A DNA stretch of 39,070 nucleotides from Pseudolabrys sp. (GCA_036509755.1 DATCFB010000117.1:1-39070); one strand, 5' to 3'; counted from the first letter of the stretch, positions 1 to 17,753 are shown. A program made the numbers and translations. The notes: generated by a model not told the origin, from the sequence alone.

Positions 1-2
1 AA

Positions 3-290
3 AAAATTGATAAGAAAACGCGCGAGAGAGTCGAGGGCTTTTGCATACCCTGCGTGCGTCAGATCATTGACTTGATTGATCCTAAGAAAATTGTGTTCAT
101 TGGATTGGGCGCTCTCAAACTGTTCGGGCCGACCAAAGACGATGTTACTAACGATGATAACCGAGTGCTAACCCGCACCGGTCAAGTCGGTGATCGAAGG
201 GCAATCGCTATGCGTCATCTAACTGGCGCGCGCCCGCCGCCGTCTGGCTCTGATCTAGTCCGCATTCGAAAAAGGGTATTGGGCTATTAG
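3..290 (+). CDS. 5'-truncated hypothetical protein, possibly the C-terminal part of a uracil-DNA glycosylase-like fold protein (island cargo)
   Basis: The frame of ORF 54..290 is open back to the window edge (KIDKKTRERVEGFCIPCVRQIIDLIDPKKIVFIGLGALKLF...RHLTGAR). The C..C..QI.LI.PK.IVFIG..A..LF pattern plus a late His resembles UDG-superfamily motifs. AT-richer than the core genes. Confidence 0.45.
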   Translation, partial: KIDKKTRERVEGFCIPCVRQIIDLIDPKKIVFIGLGALKLFGPTKDDVTNDDNRVLTRTGQVGDRRAIAMRHLTGARPPPSGSDLVRIRKRVLGY

Positions 291-498
291 GTCCCTTGGC
301 CACAAGCCTTCGGTGCGATCAGCCCAATGTTGCTGATGGGTCGGTTGCGACCGACCACTTCAACACTGAACACGGCCTTTGGCCGCTAGGACCGGAAAGC
401 GCTCGGCTCCAAGCCGTTGCAAAAATCAGGGTTTAGAGCCGGTTTTCGGTTGCCAAAATGACGCAACGTGCGTTGAAATCATTTAGGTTGTTGGCAAT

Positions 499-542
499 CT
501 TCCAAGCTGATGACGACGGTTCGATTCCGTTCACCCGCTCCA
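499..542 (+). pseudogene. 3' half of tRNA-Gly(TCC), probable att site (attR)
   Basis: CT-TCC-AA anticodon loop (499-505), GCTGA, TGAC, T-arm GACGG-TTCGATT-CCGTT, acceptor strand CACCCGC-T-CCA. No D-arm or 5' acceptor strand upstream. Confidence 0.85.
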
Positions 543-628
543 GCCTTCGCAACTGCGGTGCTACGGCTCGGCAAGCCCGTTTAGCGCGAAGGCTGCCGCG
601 CCGTAGTTGCGAAGCAACGCAGGCGGGC
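541..628. repeat. Multi-palindromic intergenic element downstream of the tRNA 3' end
   Basis: CAGCCTTCGC (541-550) and GCGAAGGCTG (586-595) form a perfect IR. CTACGGCTCGGCA (561-573) and TGCCGCGCCGTAG (594-606) match 12/13. CTTCGCAACTGCGGTGC can also pair with GCGCCGTAGTTGCGAAG. Confidence 0.55.
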
Positions 629-635
629 GAGGCAA

Positions 636-1817
636 TTATATCAAAGCCGCCAAGGCCTGCGCTTCCGGCACCACGTCGTGGTCGTAAAGCCGCCTGCGAA
701 AAGTGGCGTGGGCGGAAATCTCGGCGTCGCGCACGCCCAGATCGGAATAGGCCGAGTCGTAACGCATGCCGTTTTCGCGCGCGCCGCGCTGCACCTGCGC
801 CACGCGTTCGCGGCGCAAACGCTCATAAGCGAGTAAAGCCGCCGGCGCAGTTTCGTTATTGGCGCGCGCGAGGATGGTGGCCAGCGCCATGCCATCCTCG
901 ATCGATTGATTGGCGCCCTGTCCGAGATGGGGAAGCATCGGGTGCGCGGCATCGCCGAGCAAAGTCAGCCGGCCCTTGGTCCAGACCGGCAGCGGCTCGC
1001 GGTCATAGAGCGCCCAGCGAAAGGTCTTTTGCACCTGGCTCAACAGTTGCTCGATGCGCGGATCCCAGCCGGCAAACTCCGCGCGCAGCACCTCGGGGTC
1101 GCCGGGGGCCGACCAGGATTCCTTCATCTCCTCGTCAGCCGGGACGAAGCCGACATAATTGATGAGTGCGCCGGCGCGCACCGGGAAAGCGAGGAAGTGT
1201 TTGGATTTGCCCAGCCACATAAGCCAGCGGTCGGTCGGCCAATCCGGAACACACTCGTGCGGTAACACGCCGCGATAGGCGACCGAGCCGTGAAAGACCG
1301 GCGCGGAGGGTGGAAACACGAATGGCCGAAGTTCGGAATGGATGCCGTCGGCCGCAATTACGATGTCGCTTTCGACAACAGCCCCGTTGGCGAACGTCAC
1401 CCGGGCTCCGTCTTTGTCTTGCGCGAATGAGACGGCGCGGTGGCCGGTACGAACGACATCGGGGGGCAGGGCCTTGGCCAGAAACTCGACAAAGTCGGCG
1501 CGGTGCATGCCGAACGTCGCGTTCCAGCCCGACGAGTCGGTTACCTGGACCGGCGCGATCGGGGCGCCGTCGTGCCGGAAATAGTGGGAGCCTGCGCCGA
1601 CGCGCGAGCCCCATTTCTCGACCGCGGGGCCGAGCCCCACGCGATCAAGCTGGCGCACACTGTTGGGCGTCAGGAAGACCCCGGCGCCGATTTCGCCCAG
1701 CGCCGGGGCCTGCTCATAGACCGAGACCTGGAGGCCTTGGGCGATCAGCGCCTTAGCGGCGAACAGGCCGCCGATCCCGCCGCCAACGATCACGATATTG
1801 AGGCGCTTCTCCGCCAT
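636..1817 (-). CDS. FAD-dependent monooxygenase (salicylate hydroxylase / 6-hydroxynicotinate 3-monooxygenase-like, group A flavoprotein)
   Basis: 393 aa with GGGIGG dinucleotide-binding motif, ADGIHS (DG motif) and LLGDAAHPMLPHLGQGANQSIEDG (GD motif). Confidence 0.9.
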   Translation of the reverse strand: MAEKRLNIVIVGGGIGGLFAAKALIAQGLQVSVYEQAPALGEIGAGVFLTPNSVRQLDRVGLGPAVEKWGSRVGAGSHYFRHDGAPIAPVQVTDSSGWNATFGMHRADFVEFLAKALPPDVVRTGHRAVSFAQDKDGARVTFANGAVVESDIVIAADGIHSELRPFVFPPSAPVFHGSVAYRGVLPHECVPDWPTDRWLMWLGKSKHFLAFPVRAGALINYVGFVPADEEMKESWSAPGDPEVLRAEFAGWDPRIEQLLSQVQKTFRWALYDREPLPVWTKGRLTLLGDAAHPMLPHLGQGANQSIEDGMALATILARANNETAPAALLAYERLRRERVAQVQRGARENGMRYDSAYSDLGVRDAEISAHATFRRRLYDHDVVPEAQALAALI

Positions 1818-1892
1818 CGCCGCTCTCTTTTCGGGGTGGAAGCCGCCTTAACCTTGCCTTTTCCACCCTTGCTTTAGGCCGGTGTATAATGC

Positions 1893-1921
1893 ATGACATC
1901 CCCACGGCGGGCCCTTATATG
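1893..1921 (+). promoter_or_regulatory. Putative sigma70 promoter for tRNA-Trp-secE-nusG
   Basis: ATGACA-N17-TATATG, 21 nt upstream of the tRNA. Confidence 0.5.
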
Positions 1922-1942
1922 GTCCGCCGTATCCGCTTCCGG

Positions 1943-2018
1943 AGGAGTGTAGCTCAGTTGGTAGAGCACCGGTCTCCAAAACCGGGGGTCGTAGGTTCGA
2001 GCCCTACCACTCCTGCCA
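1943..2018 (+). tRNA. tRNA-Trp(CCA)
   Basis: 76-nt cloverleaf AGGAGTG...CACTCCT-G-CCA, anticodon stem CCGGT/ACCGG with CCA at 1976-1978, GGTTCGAG T-loop. Canonical position before secE. Confidence 0.97.
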
Positions 2019-2103
2019 GGCGGAGTTACGGGCAAAATTCACCGGCCGCACTAAGTAATAGTCAGTTCGCCCGGAAATTGAGTAAGCAGGATTTGGAATC
2101 AGA

Positions 2104-2298
2104 ATGGCAACGTCCCCGTTCAAGTTTCTTCAAGAGGTGCGCGAGGAAACCCGCAAGGTTACCTGGCCATCGCGCAAGGAAACCATGATCACCACCGCCA
2201 TGGTGTTCGTGATGGTGGCGATTGCCTCGATTTTTTTCCTGCTCGCGGATCAAATCATCCGGATTGCCGTTACCTTCGTGCTCGGCATCGGTAGCTGA
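2104..2298 (+). CDS. secE: Preprotein translocase subunit SecE
   Basis: FLQEVREETRKVTWPSRKE motif plus one TM segment; upstream of nusG. Confidence 0.96.
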   Translation: MATSPFKFLQEVREETRKVTWPSRKETMITTAMVFVMVAIASIFFLLADQIIRIAVTFVLGIGS

Positions 2299-2313
2299 AG
2301 GTTAGAGACACAG

Positions 2314-2874
2314 ATGAGCGACACCGCAGAAACCACAACGACCCGTCCCAAGCGCTGGTACATCGTCCACGCTTATTCGAACTTCGAGAAGAAGGTCGCC
2401 GAATCGATCCGCGAGCAAGCCAAGCAGCGCAATCTGGCCGACCACTTTGAAGAAGTCATGGTGCCCACCGAAACGGTCACCGAAGTGCATCGCAGCCGCA
2501 AGGTAAACGTCGAACGCAAATTTTTCCCGGGCTACGTGCTGGTCAAGATGGATCTGACCGACGAAGTCTACCATCTGATCAAGAATACCCCGAAGGTCAC
2601 GGGCTTCCTCGGTTCCGGCAAGAAGCCGATGCCGATTTCGGACGCGGAAGCCAATCGCATCCTGCACCAGGTGCAGGAAGGCATTGAACGTCCGAAGCCC
2701 TCGGTTTCGTTTGAAGTCGGCGAGCAGGTGCGCGTGTCGGATGGCCCATTTGCCTCATTCAACGGCACGGTCGAGGAAGTCGACGAAGCGCGTTCGCGCG
2801 TGAAAGTGGCGGTGTCGATCTTTGGCCGCGCTACCCCGGTAGAGCTTGAGTTCGGGCAGGTCGAGAAGCTATAA
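2314..2874 (+). CDS. nusG: Transcription termination/antitermination factor NusG
   Basis: WYIVHAYSNFEKKV, FFPGYVLV, KOW domain GPFASFNG...IFGRATPVELEFGQVEK. Confidence 0.98.
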   Translation: MSDTAETTTTRPKRWYIVHAYSNFEKKVAESIREQAKQRNLADHFEEVMVPTETVTEVHRSRKVNVERKFFPGYVLVKMDLTDEVYHLIKNTPKVTGFLGSGKKPMPISDAEANRILHQVQEGIERPKPSVSFEVGEQVRVSDGPFASFNGTVEEVDEARSRVKVAVSIFGRATPVELEFGQVEKL

Positions 2875-2892
2875 GGCGTCAGTTCATAGAGG

Positions 2893-2940
2893 CGTGGGAG
2901 GTGAGGCGGTTAAGCCAACCGTCAATATCCGCACCACTAC
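2893..2940 (+). promoter_or_regulatory. Putative rplK leader (uL1 autoregulatory site)
   Basis: GTGGGAG...CCGCACCAC stem directly before the rplK SD (AGGAG). Position matches the known L1-binding leader; function inferred. Confidence 0.45.
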
Positions 2941-2951
2941 AGGAGTGAGAA

Positions 2952-3380
2952 ATGGCTAAAAAAGTCACTGGATTCCTCAAATTGCAGGTGCCGGCAGGCG
3001 CTGCCAACCCGTCGCCCCCGATCGGGCCGGCGCTGGGTCAGCGCGGGCTCAACATCATGGAGTTCTGCAAGGCGTTCAACGCGCAGACCCAGAAGATCGA
3101 GAAGAACACACCGATCCCGGTGATCATCACCACCTATCAGGATCGCTCGTTCACCTTCGAGCTCAAGACACCGCCGGTGTCTTATTTCTTGAAGAAAGCC
3201 GCCAAACTCGGCAGTGGCTCGAAGACGCCTGGCCGTGAAATAGTCGGTGAAGTCACCCAGAAACAGCTGCGTGAGATCGCCGAGCAAAAGATGAAGGATC
3301 TTAACTGCGACACGATCGAAGCCGCGGTGAAGATGATCGCAGGTTCCGCCCGCTCGATGGGCCTCACGGTGGCGGAGTAA
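2952..3380 (+). CDS. rplK: 50S ribosomal protein L11
   Basis: [34 protein letters not shown]. Confidence 0.99.
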   Translation: MAKKVTGFLKLQVPAGAANPSPPIGPALGQRGLNIMEFCKAFNAQTQKIEKNTPIPVIITTYQDRSFTFELKTPPVSYFLKKAAKLGSGSKTPGREIVGEVTQKQLREIAEQKMKDLNCDTIEAAVKMIAGSARSMGLTVAE

Positions 3381-3385
3381 CGGAC

Positions 3386-4093
3386 ATGGCACTCGGAAAA
3401 CGTACGACATCCATCCGCGAAGGCGTCAATCGCGACAAGTCCTATTCGATCGACGAAGCGGTCAAGATGGTGAAAGAGCGCGCCAAGGCGAAATTCGACG
3501 AGACCATCGAGATCGCTATGAATCTCGGCGTCGATCCTACGCACGCGGATCAGATGGTGCGCGGCGTCGTCATGCTGCCCAACGGCTCGGGCCGAACCTT
3601 GCGCGTCGGCGTCTTTGCACGCGGCGCCAAGGCGGAAGAGGCCAAGGCAGCGGGCGCCGATGTGGTTGGCGCTGAAGACCTCGTCGAGAAGGTCAACAAG
3701 GGCGAGATCAATTTCGACCGCTGCATCGCCACGCCCGATATGATGCCGCTGGTCGGCCGCCTGGGTAAGGTGCTGGGGCCGCGCGGCATCATGCCGAACC
3801 CCAAGGTCGGAACGGTCACAATGGATGTCGCCACTGCGGTGAAGGCATCCAAAGGCGGCTCGGTCGAGTTTCGCGTGGAAAAGGCCGGCATCATCCAGGC
3901 CGGTGTCGGCAAGGCCTCGTTCACCGAGGGCAAGCTGGTCGAGAACATCAAGGCCTTCGCCGACGCGGTGCAGAAGGCCAAGCCGCCGGGGGCCAAGGGC
4001 CACTACATCAACCGGGTGGCGATTTCCTCCACCATGGGTCCGGGGGTCAAAGTCGAGCCGTCTTCCCTGTTTGGCACCGGCGACGCCCACTAA
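3386..4093 (+). CDS. rplA: 50S ribosomal protein L1
   Basis: [23 protein letters not shown] and [16 protein letters not shown]. Confidence 0.99.
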   Translation: MALGKRTTSIREGVNRDKSYSIDEAVKMVKERAKAKFDETIEIAMNLGVDPTHADQMVRGVVMLPNGSGRTLRVGVFARGAKAEEAKAAGADVVGAEDLVEKVNKGEINFDRCIATPDMMPLVGRLGKVLGPRGIMPNPKVGTVTMDVATAVKASKGGSVEFRVEKAGIIQAGVGKASFTEGKLVENIKAFADAVQKAKPPGAKGHYINRVAISSTMGPGVKVEPSSLFGTGDAH

Positions 4094-4140
4094 AACCGGG
4101 TTTTGCCCCCATTTCGTGGTGGATTTGCGCGAAAAGGGGC

Positions 4141-4169
4141 TTGGCAAAGCCCATTGGACGCTCTAAATG
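4141..4169 (+). promoter_or_regulatory. Putative sigma70 promoter of rplJL-rpoBC
   Basis: TTGGCA-N17-TAAATG in the rplA-rplJ gap. Confidence 0.45.
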
Positions 4170-4341
4170 ATGCGCATCGGGCGTGCCGGCCCAGTTTGTC
4201 GGCACGCCTTTGCGCGTCTCTAAAATCAATGGTGATTGGACATTATTCCTTTTGGGCATCCCGCCGGGACATCTGAAAGGGAAGGACCGATTTCATTGCT
4301 TTGAAGGGCGCGCAAGGCCAGTTCGCCAATGAACTGACCGA

Positions 4342-4446
4342 CCTGTCCAAGACTGCCGGCGCCGAGGTCGCAAGACCAACGCTTAATCCCGGTCCGTCCT
4401 ACGCAAGTAGGCCGGGCAAACAGAACGGGGCCAGCACAGACGGGGA
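4342..4446 (+). ncRNA. L10 leader (rplJ cis-regulatory RNA)
   Basis: CCAAGACTGCCGG...TTAAT...CCAGCACAGACGGGG resembles the L10-leader consensus (AGAC...TTAA...AGAC). GCAA-tetraloop hairpins GGTC/GACC and CCTAC/GTAGG. Upstream of rplJ. Confidence 0.7.
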
Positions 4447-4656
4447 AACGACCCGAGTTTGCGTATCTCACGATGCGCCAAGTTTGGTTCGAACCTCGGA
4501 GACCCGTAACGGCCTCGGCCGCTATCGGGGGGCAGGCTTTCTCGAACGTCGTCCTGCCCGGTTCGCTGCGCGTGAACGGAAATAGCAGGACGGCTGGTCT
4601 CAACCCGGCGGCTCCTGCGACTTGCGGCGGGCCGTCATAACCGGAAAGAGCTTGCA

Positions 4657-5175
4657 GTGGATCGAGCGGCAAAAGCAGAGTCCATCAGCGAACTGAGCGG
4701 GGTCTTCAAGACCTCGAACGTCGTGGTGGTGGCTCATTATGCGGGCCTCACGGTCGCCCAGATGCAGATTCTGCGTAAGCAGATGAAGCAGGCGGGCGCA
4801 CAGGTGAAGGTCGCAAAAAACCGTCTCGCCAAGATTGCACTCAAGGACACCGACGTTGCCTCCATTTCGTCCCTGCTCAAGGGACCGACCGTGCTCGCCT
4901 ATTCGGGCGACCCGGTGGCGGCACCGAAGGTAGCCGTCGATTTCGCCAAGGCGAACGAAGCGTTCGTCATTCTCGGCGGGTCGATGGGCAAAACAGCTCT
5001 GGACCTGAACGGCGTCAAGGCGCTCGCCTCGCTGCCGTCTCTGGATGAATTGCGTGCCAAAATCCTCGGCCTCCTCGTGTCGCCGGCGACCAAGATCGCG
5101 CAACTCACCAACGCTCCCGCGGCCAAGGTCGCGCGCGTGATCCAAGCTTACGCTTCCAAGAGCGCAGCTGCGTGA
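4657..5175 (+). CDS. rplJ: 50S ribosomal protein L10 (GTG start)
   Basis: [41 protein letters not shown]. Confidence 0.98.
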   Translation: MDRAAKAESISELSGVFKTSNVVVVAHYAGLTVAQMQILRKQMKQAGAQVKVAKNRLAKIALKDTDVASISSLLKGPTVLAYSGDPVAAPKVAVDFAKANEAFVILGGSMGKTALDLNGVKALASLPSLDELRAKILGLLVSPATKIAQLTNAPAAKVARVIQAYASKSAAA

Positions 5176-5223
5176 CGGCTCACAAGCAAATCTCTGGTTT
5201 TCGAACCTATAGGAACGTAAACA

Positions 5224-5598
5224 ATGGCTGACCTGCAAAAAATCGTCGACGAATTGTCGACCCTGACCGTCCTGGAAGCGGCGGATCTGGCGAAGATGCT
5301 CGAAGAAAAGTGGGGTGTCTCTGCTGCTGCCGCTGTTGCGGTGGCGGCCGGTCCCGCGGGCGGCGGCGCTGCCGCTGCCGAAGAGAAGACCGAGTTCACC
5401 GTGATGCTTGTCGCCGCCGGCGAGAAGAAGATCGAGGTGATCAAGGAAGTGCGTGCGCTCACCGGTCTCGGCCTGAAAGAGGCCAAGGATTTGGTCGAGG
5501 GCGCGCCCAAGGCCGTCAAGGAAGGCGTGAACAAAGAAGAAGCCGACAAGATGAAGGTCACGCTCGAAAAGGCCGGCGCAAAGGTTGAGCTCAAGTAG
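5224..5598 (+). CDS. rplL: 50S ribosomal protein L7/L12
   Basis: LTVLEAADL...EEKTEFTV...[24 protein letters not shown]. Confidence 0.99.
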   Translation: MADLQKIVDELSTLTVLEAADLAKMLEEKWGVSAAAAVAVAAGPAGGGAAAAEEKTEFTVMLVAAGEKKIEVIKEVRALTGLGLKEAKDLVEGAPKAVKEGVNKEEADKMKVTLEKAGAKVELK

Positions 5599-5621
5599 GC
5601 GAGTGCCTATCTGACCGATGT

Positions 5622-5649
5622 CCCCGGGGCCTAAAGCTCCGGGGGTTTC
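5622..5649 (+). terminator. Possible attenuator hairpin between rplL and rpoB
   Basis: CCCCGGGGC-ctaaa-GCTCCGGGG followed by a short GTTTC; weak U-tract. Confidence 0.35.
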
Positions 5650-5801
5650 GACGGAAAAGTGAAGTGTGCGGCGGTTCGGGCGAGGCCCGAATCACATAGA
5701 AACGGGTAGCCCCGACGCCTGTCCTGATGGTCGCGATGGATTGCGACCGCCAGGAGAGGCGCCCGCGCTGGCCGCCAAAATCTAATCGAAAGAAAGTGAC
5801 G

Positions 5802-9932
<4,131 letters not shown>

Positions 9933-10028
9933 TTAGCGGAACGGCGGGGCGTCTAGCCCCGCCGCTTATCGCAGCGTGATGAGATAGATGGAATTTAGCC
10001 GGCGACGGCCGGTTTAGCGGAGAATGCG

Positions 10029-14234
<4,206 letters not shown>

Positions 14235-14257
14235 GCCGCAGCTTCAACCGACAATCG

Positions 14258-14290
14258 AAAGGGCCGCCCGGTTGGCGGCCCTTTTGCTTT
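14258..14290 (+). terminator. Intrinsic terminator after rpoC
   Basis: AAAGGGCCGCC-cggtt-GGCGGCCCTTTTGCTTT. Confidence 0.85.
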
Positions 14291-14382
14291 GGTGTTTTCT
14301 TGGCATTTCCCACCTTGGTAACTACATGAGGGGGAACGCCGGCGAAGGGCCTGAAACCTTCGATTTTCCGGCCCTTTTCGCC

Positions 14383-14411
14383 TTGACTTGACCGAGTCGG
14401 GCCGATACACA
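14383..14411 (+). promoter_or_regulatory. Putative sigma70 promoter of the str operon
   Basis: TTGACT-N17-TACACA downstream of the rpoC terminator. Confidence 0.5.
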
Positions 14412-14792
14412 CGCGACACTTTACGGCAGGCGGTGAGCTTCGCTTGCTCGGAACGGCCGCCCGGCTAACCCTTTGAGATTGTTTCGTTATTCTCGAAGCT
14501 TGGCCGGCGCATCGCCTCGACGGATGAAGCTCAAACGCTGCCACTGACAGCCACTGTCAGACTTGAGGGTGAACGTCCGCGCTGCCTTGCGCATCGTGGT
14601 CGTCCGGAACGAAAGAGCGCCCCCGCTATCTCGGCGGATGGCGCGATTTCGTTTTGCGCGTGGAAAGACGCGCGGAAATGCCGGAGCGATAAGCCCATTC
14701 GACGGGCGGACCGCTGTCCGCGTGAAGTGCGAAGGCGAAAGCCTTTAACGATTCCGGGCAGGTTTTGCCCAAACGAGAGTAGCGAAGCAACG

Positions 14793-15164
14793 ATGCCGAC
14801 GATCAACCAGTTGATTGCCAAGCCGCGCAAGCCCCTGCGGGTGCGTGTGACGGCGCCGGCGCTCGAGTCATCGCCGCAAAAGCGCGGCGTCTGCACGCGC
14901 GTCTACACCACGACGCCGAAGAAGCCGAATTCGGCGCTGCGCAAGGTGGCCAAGGTACGTCTGACCAACGGCTTCGAGGTGATCGGCTATATCCCGGGCG
15001 AAGGCCACAATCTGCAGGAACATTCGGTGGTGATGATCCGCGGCGGTCGCGTGAAGGATCTGCCGGGCGTTCGTTATCACATCCTGCGCGGCGTGCTCGA
15101 TACCCAGGGCGTCAAGAACCGCAAGCAGCGCCGTTCGAAATACGGCGCCAAGCGCCCCAAATAA
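14793..15164 (+). CDS. rpsL: 30S ribosomal protein S12
   Basis: MPTINQL start (ATG 14793), [23 protein letters not shown]; 123 aa. Confidence 0.99.
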   Translation: MPTINQLIAKPRKPLRVRVTAPALESSPQKRGVCTRVYTTTPKKPNSALRKVAKVRLTNGFEVIGYIPGEGHNLQEHSVVMIRGGRVKDLPGVRYHILRGVLDTQGVKNRKQRRSKYGAKRPK

Positions 15165-15647
<483 letters not shown>

Positions 15648-15677
15648 TGGCGAACAACCTCAAGGAATTGAACTGAC

Positions 15678-17753
15678 ATGCCCCGCGTCCACCCTATCGA
15701 GGACTACCGCAATTTCGGCATCATGGCTCACATCGATGCCGGGAAAACCACGACTACGGAGCGGATCCTCTATTATACCGGCAAGAGCCATAAGATCGGC
15801 GAGGTGCATGAAGGCGCCGCGACGATGGATTGGATGGAGCAGGAGCAGGAACGCGGCATCACCATCACCTCGGCCGCGACCACCGCGTTCTGGAAAGAAA
15901 AGCGCCTCAACATCATCGACACGCCAGGCCACGTCGATTTCACCATCGAAGTGGAGCGTAGCTTACGCGTGCTCGACGGCGCCGTCGTGGTGCTCGACAG
16001 CAATCAGGGCGTCGAGCCGCAGACCGAAACGGTTTGGCGCCAAGGCGACAAATACAAAGTGCCGCGCATCGTGTTTGCCAACAAGATGGACAAGATCGGC
16101 GCCGACTACTTCAAGTGCATGGACGACATCAAGACTCGCCTCGGCGCCAAGCCCGTGGCGATCCAGCTTCCGATCGGTAGCGAGCAGAATTTCAAAGGTC
16201 TCATCGACCTGGTGCGCATGAAGGGCGTGGTCTGGGCCGACGAAAACCTCGGCGCCGACTATCACGACATCGATATTCCGGCCGACATGCTCGATCAGGC
16301 CAACGAATACCGCGACAAGATGATTGAGGCTGCCTGCGAACTCGACGATGACGCGGCCACCGCTTACCTCGAAGGCAAGATGCCGGACGAGGCGACTCTC
16401 AAGAAACTCATCCGTAAAGCCGTGATCACCGGCGCTTTCTTCCCGGTGCTGTGCGGCTCGGCGTTCAAGAACAAGGGCGTGCAGCCGCTGCTCGACGCCG
16501 TCGTCGATTACCTGCCGAGCCCGCTCGACGTGCCGCCGATCCACGGCATCAATCCCGACAATGGCGAAGACGTCATTCGTGAGCCAAAGGACACCGCCCC
16601 GCTGGCGCTGCTCGCCTTCAAGATCATGGACGATCCCTTTGTCGGCACCATCACCTTCTGCCGCATCTATTCCGGCACGCTGACCAGTGGCACCGGCGTC
16701 ATTAACTCGACCAAAGAGCGCAAAGAGCGCATCGGCCGCATGCTGTTGATGCATGCGAACAACCGCGAAGACATCAAGGAAGCCTTTGCTGGCGATATCG
16801 TCGCGCTGGCCGGCCTCAAGGAAGTGCGCACCGGCGACACGCTGTGCGATGCCAAGCAGCCGGTGATCCTGGAAAAGATGGAATTCCCAGATCCGGTGAT
16901 CGAGATCGCGATCGAGCCGAAGTCGAAGGCCGATCAGGAAAAGCTCGGCGTCGCGCTGGCCAAGCTGGCCGCCGAGGACCCGTCGTTCCGCGTCTCCACC
17001 GACCACGAGAGCGGCCAGACCATCCTCAAGGGCATGGGCGAACTGCATCTCGACATCAAGGTCGACATTCTCAAGCGCACCTACAAGGTCGATGCCAATA
17101 TCGGCGCGCCGCAGGTGGCCTTCCGCGAGAAGATCACCCAGAAGGTCGAGCACGATTACACCCACAAGAAGCAGACGGGCGGTTCGGGTCAGTTCGCGGC
17201 GATCAAGATCATTGTCGAGCCGACGCCTCCCGGCACGCCGTTCGAATTCGAGAACGAAGTGGTTGGCGGCACCGTGCCGAAGGAATACATCCCGGGCGTC
17301 GAGAAGGGCTTGGAGTCGGTGCTCGGCTCGGGCGTGCTCGCCGGTTTCCCGGTGGTGGACCTCAAAGTGACGCTGATCGACGGCAAGTACCATGACGTCG
17401 ACTCTTCGGCGCTGGCGTTCGAAATCTGCGCGCGCCAATGCCTGAAGGAAGCGATGCAAAGGGCGCGTCCCGTCCTGCTCGAGCCGATCATGAAGGTCGA
17501 ATGCGTGACGCCGGAGGATTACACCGGTTCCGTCATCGGCGATCTCAATTCGCGGCGCGGGCAAATCCAGGGACAGGACATGCGCGGCAACGCCAACGTC
17601 ATCAATGCAATGGTGCCGCTGATGAACATGTTCGGTTACGTCAATACGTTGCGGTCGATGTCACAGGGCCGCGCCACCTTCACAATGCAATTCGATCACT
17701 ACGCCGAGCTGCCGGCCGCCGTATCGGCGGAAGTCCAGAAAAAGTTCGCGTGA
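15678..17753 (+). CDS. fusA: Elongation factor G
   Basis: [23 protein letters not shown]; 691 aa. Confidence 0.99.
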   Translation: MPRVHPIEDYRNFGIMAHIDAGKTTTTERILYYTGKSHKIGEVHEGAATMDWMEQEQERGITITSAATTAFWKEKRLNIIDTPGHVDFTIEVERSLRVLDGAVVVLDSNQGVEPQTETVWRQGDKYKVPRIVFANKMDKIGADYFKCMDDIKTRLGAKPVAIQLPIGSEQNFKGLIDLVRMKGVVWADENLGADYHDIDIPADMLDQANEYRDKMIEAACELDDDAATAYLEGKMPDEATLKKLIRKAVITGAFFPVLCGSAFKNKGVQPLLDAVVDYLPSPLDVPPIHGINPDNGEDVIREPKDTAPLALLAFKIMDDPFVGTITFCRIYSGTLTSGTGVINSTKERKERIGRMLLMHANNREDIKEAFAGDIVALAGLKEVRTGDTLCDAKQPVILEKMEFPDPVIEIAIEPKSKADQEKLGVALAKLAAEDPSFRVSTDHESGQTILKGMGELHLDIKVDILKRTYKVDANIGAPQVAFREKITQKVEHDYTHKKQTGGSGQFAAIKIIVEPTPPGTPFEFENEVVGGTVPKEYIPGVEKGLESVLGSGVLAGFPVVDLKVTLIDGKYHDVDSSALAFEICARQCLKEAMQRARPVLLEPIMKVECVTPEDYTGSVIGDLNSRRGQIQGQDMRGNANVINAMVPLMNMFGYVNTLRSMSQGRATFTMQFDHYAELPAAVSAEVQKKFA

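Larger units (their letters stand above)
1..542 (+). mobile_element. Right end of a putative genomic island or prophage integrated at tRNA-Gly(TCC)
   Basis: Lower-GC sequence ending in a tRNA-Gly 3' half. No integrase is visible in the window. Confidence 0.6.

Noticed and set aside
458-1162. 234-aa + strand ORF spanning the tRNA fragment
   Set aside because: Arg-rich shadow of the monooxygenase, and it runs through the att site.
1869-1890. TTGCTT...TATAAT perfect -10 box
   Set aside because: The spacer to TTGCTT is only 10 nt. The ATGACA-N17-TATATG pair fits better, although a second promoter cannot be excluded.
1889-2188. 99-aa ORF upstream of secE
   Set aside because: It is a translation of tRNA-Trp and the promoter region.
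5727-5801. Apparent N-terminal extensions of RpoB (also S12, S10, L4, S3, S13, the cytochrome and DegQ in the ORF track)
   Set aside because: Artefacts of longest-ORF calling. Conserved N-termini and SD sequences point to downstream starts.
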